From Eledone cirrhosa (lineage: Eukaryota): DNA of 64,000 bases. The translations under genes were made by a program, and so were the position numbers. The notes beneath the pieces were generated by a model that saw nothing but the letters and a program-made list of their open reading frames with translations, had not been told where the DNA came from and did no database searches. Below are positions 62,301 through 64,000 of this stretch, one piece after another (position 1 is the first letter of the stretch; each line of letters begins with the position of its first letter). The DNA lies in the NCBI GenBank assembly GCA_964016885.1, contig CAXHJY010001603.1:62001-126000 (forward strand), read 5' to 3'.

Positions 62301-64000
62301 AAGTCCGCCGGCGAATGGTGTGCTTCGAAGAAAACGAATCCAAAAATGTCGATTTGCCGGCGGAGTTACCTTTTCAATCGCGCGCCGGCTGCCCGTGTCC
62401 GGATCGATCTGTAATTACTGGTACATGTGCAGACACTCATTGGCTATGTGTGGCGTGAATTTCAGCAAGATATCTCCGTAAAATCAATATTTGTGGCTGT
62501 GGAACCAAACCGTGTTAAACGTCAACAAAGTCCGCCGGCGAATGGTGTGCTTCGAAGAAAACGAATCCAAAAATGACGATTAGCCGGCGGATTTACCTTT
62601 TCAATCGCGGGCCGGCCGCCCATGGTCGGATCGATCTGTAATTACTGGTACAGGTGCAGACACTCATTGGCTATGTGTGGCGTGAATTTCAGCCAGATAT
62701 CTCCGTAAAATCAATAGTTGTGGCTGTGGAACCAAACCGTGTTAAACGTCAACAAAGTCCGCCGGCGAATGGTGTGCTTCGAAGAAAACGAATCCAAAAA
62801 TGACGATTAGCCGGCGGATTTACCTTTTCAATCGCGGGCCGGCCGCCCGTGGTCGGATCGATCTGTAATTACTGGTACATGTGCAGACACTCATTGGCTA
62901 TGTGTGGCGTGAATTTCAGCAAGATATCTCCGTAAAATCAATAGTTGTGGCTGTGGAACCAAACCGTGTTAAACGTCAACAAAGTCCGCCGGCGAATGGT
63001 GTGCTTCGAAGAAAACGAATCCAAAAATGTCGATTTGCCGGCGGAGTTACCTTTTCAATCGCGCGCCGGCCGCCCGTGTCCGGATCGATCTGTAATTACT
63101 GGTACATGTGCAGACACTCATTGGCTATGTGTGGCGTGAATTTCAGCAAGATATCTCCGTAAAATCAATATTTGTGGCTGTGGAACCAAACCGTGTTAAA
63201 CGTCAACAAAGTCCGCCGGCGAATGGTGTGCTTCGAAGAAAACGAATCCAAAAATGACGATTAGCCGGCGGATTTACCTTTTCAATCGCGGGCCGGCCGT
63301 CCGTGGTCGGATCGATCTGTAATTACTGGTACATGTGCAGACACTCATTGGCTATGTGTGGCGTGAATTTCAGCAAGATATCTCCGTAAAATCAATAGTT
63401 GTGGCTGTGGAACCAAACCGTGTTAAACGTCAACAAAGTCCGCCGGCGAATGGTGTGCTTCGAAGAAAACGAATCCAAAAATGACGATTAGCCGGCGGAT
63501 TTACCTTTTCAATCGCGGGCCGGCCGCCCGTGGTCGGATCGATCTGTAATTACTGGTACATGTGCAGACACTCATTGGCTATGTGTGGCGTGAATTTCAG
63601 CAAGATATCTCCGTAAAATCAATAGTTGTGGTTGTGGAACCAAACCGTGTTAAACGTCAACAAAGTCCGCCGGCGAATGGTGTGCTTCGAAGAAAACGAA
63701 TCCAAAAATGTCGATTTGCCGGTGGAGTTACCTTTTCAATCGCGGGCCGGCCGCCCGTGTCCGGATCGATCTGTAATTACTGGTACATGTGCAGACACTC
63801 ATTGGCTATGTGTGGCGTGAATTTCAGCAAGATACCTCCGTAAAATCAATAGTTGTGGTTGTGGAACCAAACCGTGTTAAACGTCAAGAAAGTCCGCCGG
63901 CGAATGGTGTGCTTCGAAGAAAACGAATCCAAAAATGACGATTAGCCGGCGGATTTACCTTTTCAATCGCGGGCCGGCCGCCCGTGGTCGGATCGATCTG
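59330..64000 (+). repeat. 11-mer (2,497-bp) tandem duplication in subfamily B; second copy cut by the window edge
   Basis: Offset 2497 = 11x227 (59703/62200, 60384/62881, 61065/63562) with identical variant signatures. Confidence 0.88.

Larger units (their letters stand above)
32434..64000 (+). repeat. 227-bp satellite, subfamily B (~139 monomers; runs off the right edge)
   Basis: Same monomer with fixed alleles CCGCCGG, GAATCCAAAAA, GGATCGATC, TAATTAC and GGCGTGAA. ORF starts 32917 and 63562 are 30,645 bp apart, exactly 135 x 227. Confidence 0.97.

Noticed and set aside
14693-63843. Tandem 64-93-aa ORFs (MQTLIGYVW..., MLKFRPHIA..., MWLWNQTV...) as a peptide gene array
   Set aside because: The MQTL ORFs start at GTG, and ORFs overlap on both strands. 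They are broken by stops or the 1-bp indel in many monomers, the C-terminus differs between A and B by frameshift, and there is no space for promoters.
14590-64000. CRISPR array or other repeat-spacer system
   Set aside because: There are no unique spacers: the entire 227/228 bp is repeated, and no cas-like ORFs are present.
14590-64000. Tandem 5S rRNA, tRNA, snRNA or spliced-leader gene array
   Set aside because: I recognise no 5S, tRNA cloverleaf, Pol III box or SL/Sm signature on either strand. An Infernal/Rfam scan of a monomer dimer would be decisive, and a significant hit would overturn this.
14590-64000. Assignment to a named satellite family or species, or a definite centromere call
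   Set aside because: I do not recognise the monomer. This needs BLAST/Dfam searches and CENH3 data.

Overview
The whole window is non-coding tandem repeat, most likely eukaryotic (peri)centromeric or heterochromatic DNA. I find no credible gene, RNA gene, CRISPR array or transposon ORF, and every ORF in the track is a repeat artefact. There are three layers. (1) 1-14589 is a degenerate, strand-skewed ~20-bp minisatellite mixing T(5-7)ATTTGGGTGCCCCG and T(6-7)ATGGGGGGTCCG units. (2) 14590-~32433 is subfamily A of a highly homogeneous 227/228-bp satellite (~78 monomers), with 11-, 18- and 7-mer higher-order repeats (HORs). It is bracketed by a ~758-bp direct repeat 17,086 bp (75 monomers) apart. 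(3) ~32434-64000 is subfamily B of the same satellite (~139 monomers, all 227 bp), built from two monomer classes in 17-, 16-, 11-, 6- and 4-mer HORs, with a left-to-right gradient of private variants. The monomer carries a dyad-symmetric CENP-B-box-like motif inside a 13-bp inverted repeat. I cannot name the organism or satellite family from the sequence, and I see no evidence of a novel protein-coding system. The interest lies in the array architecture.
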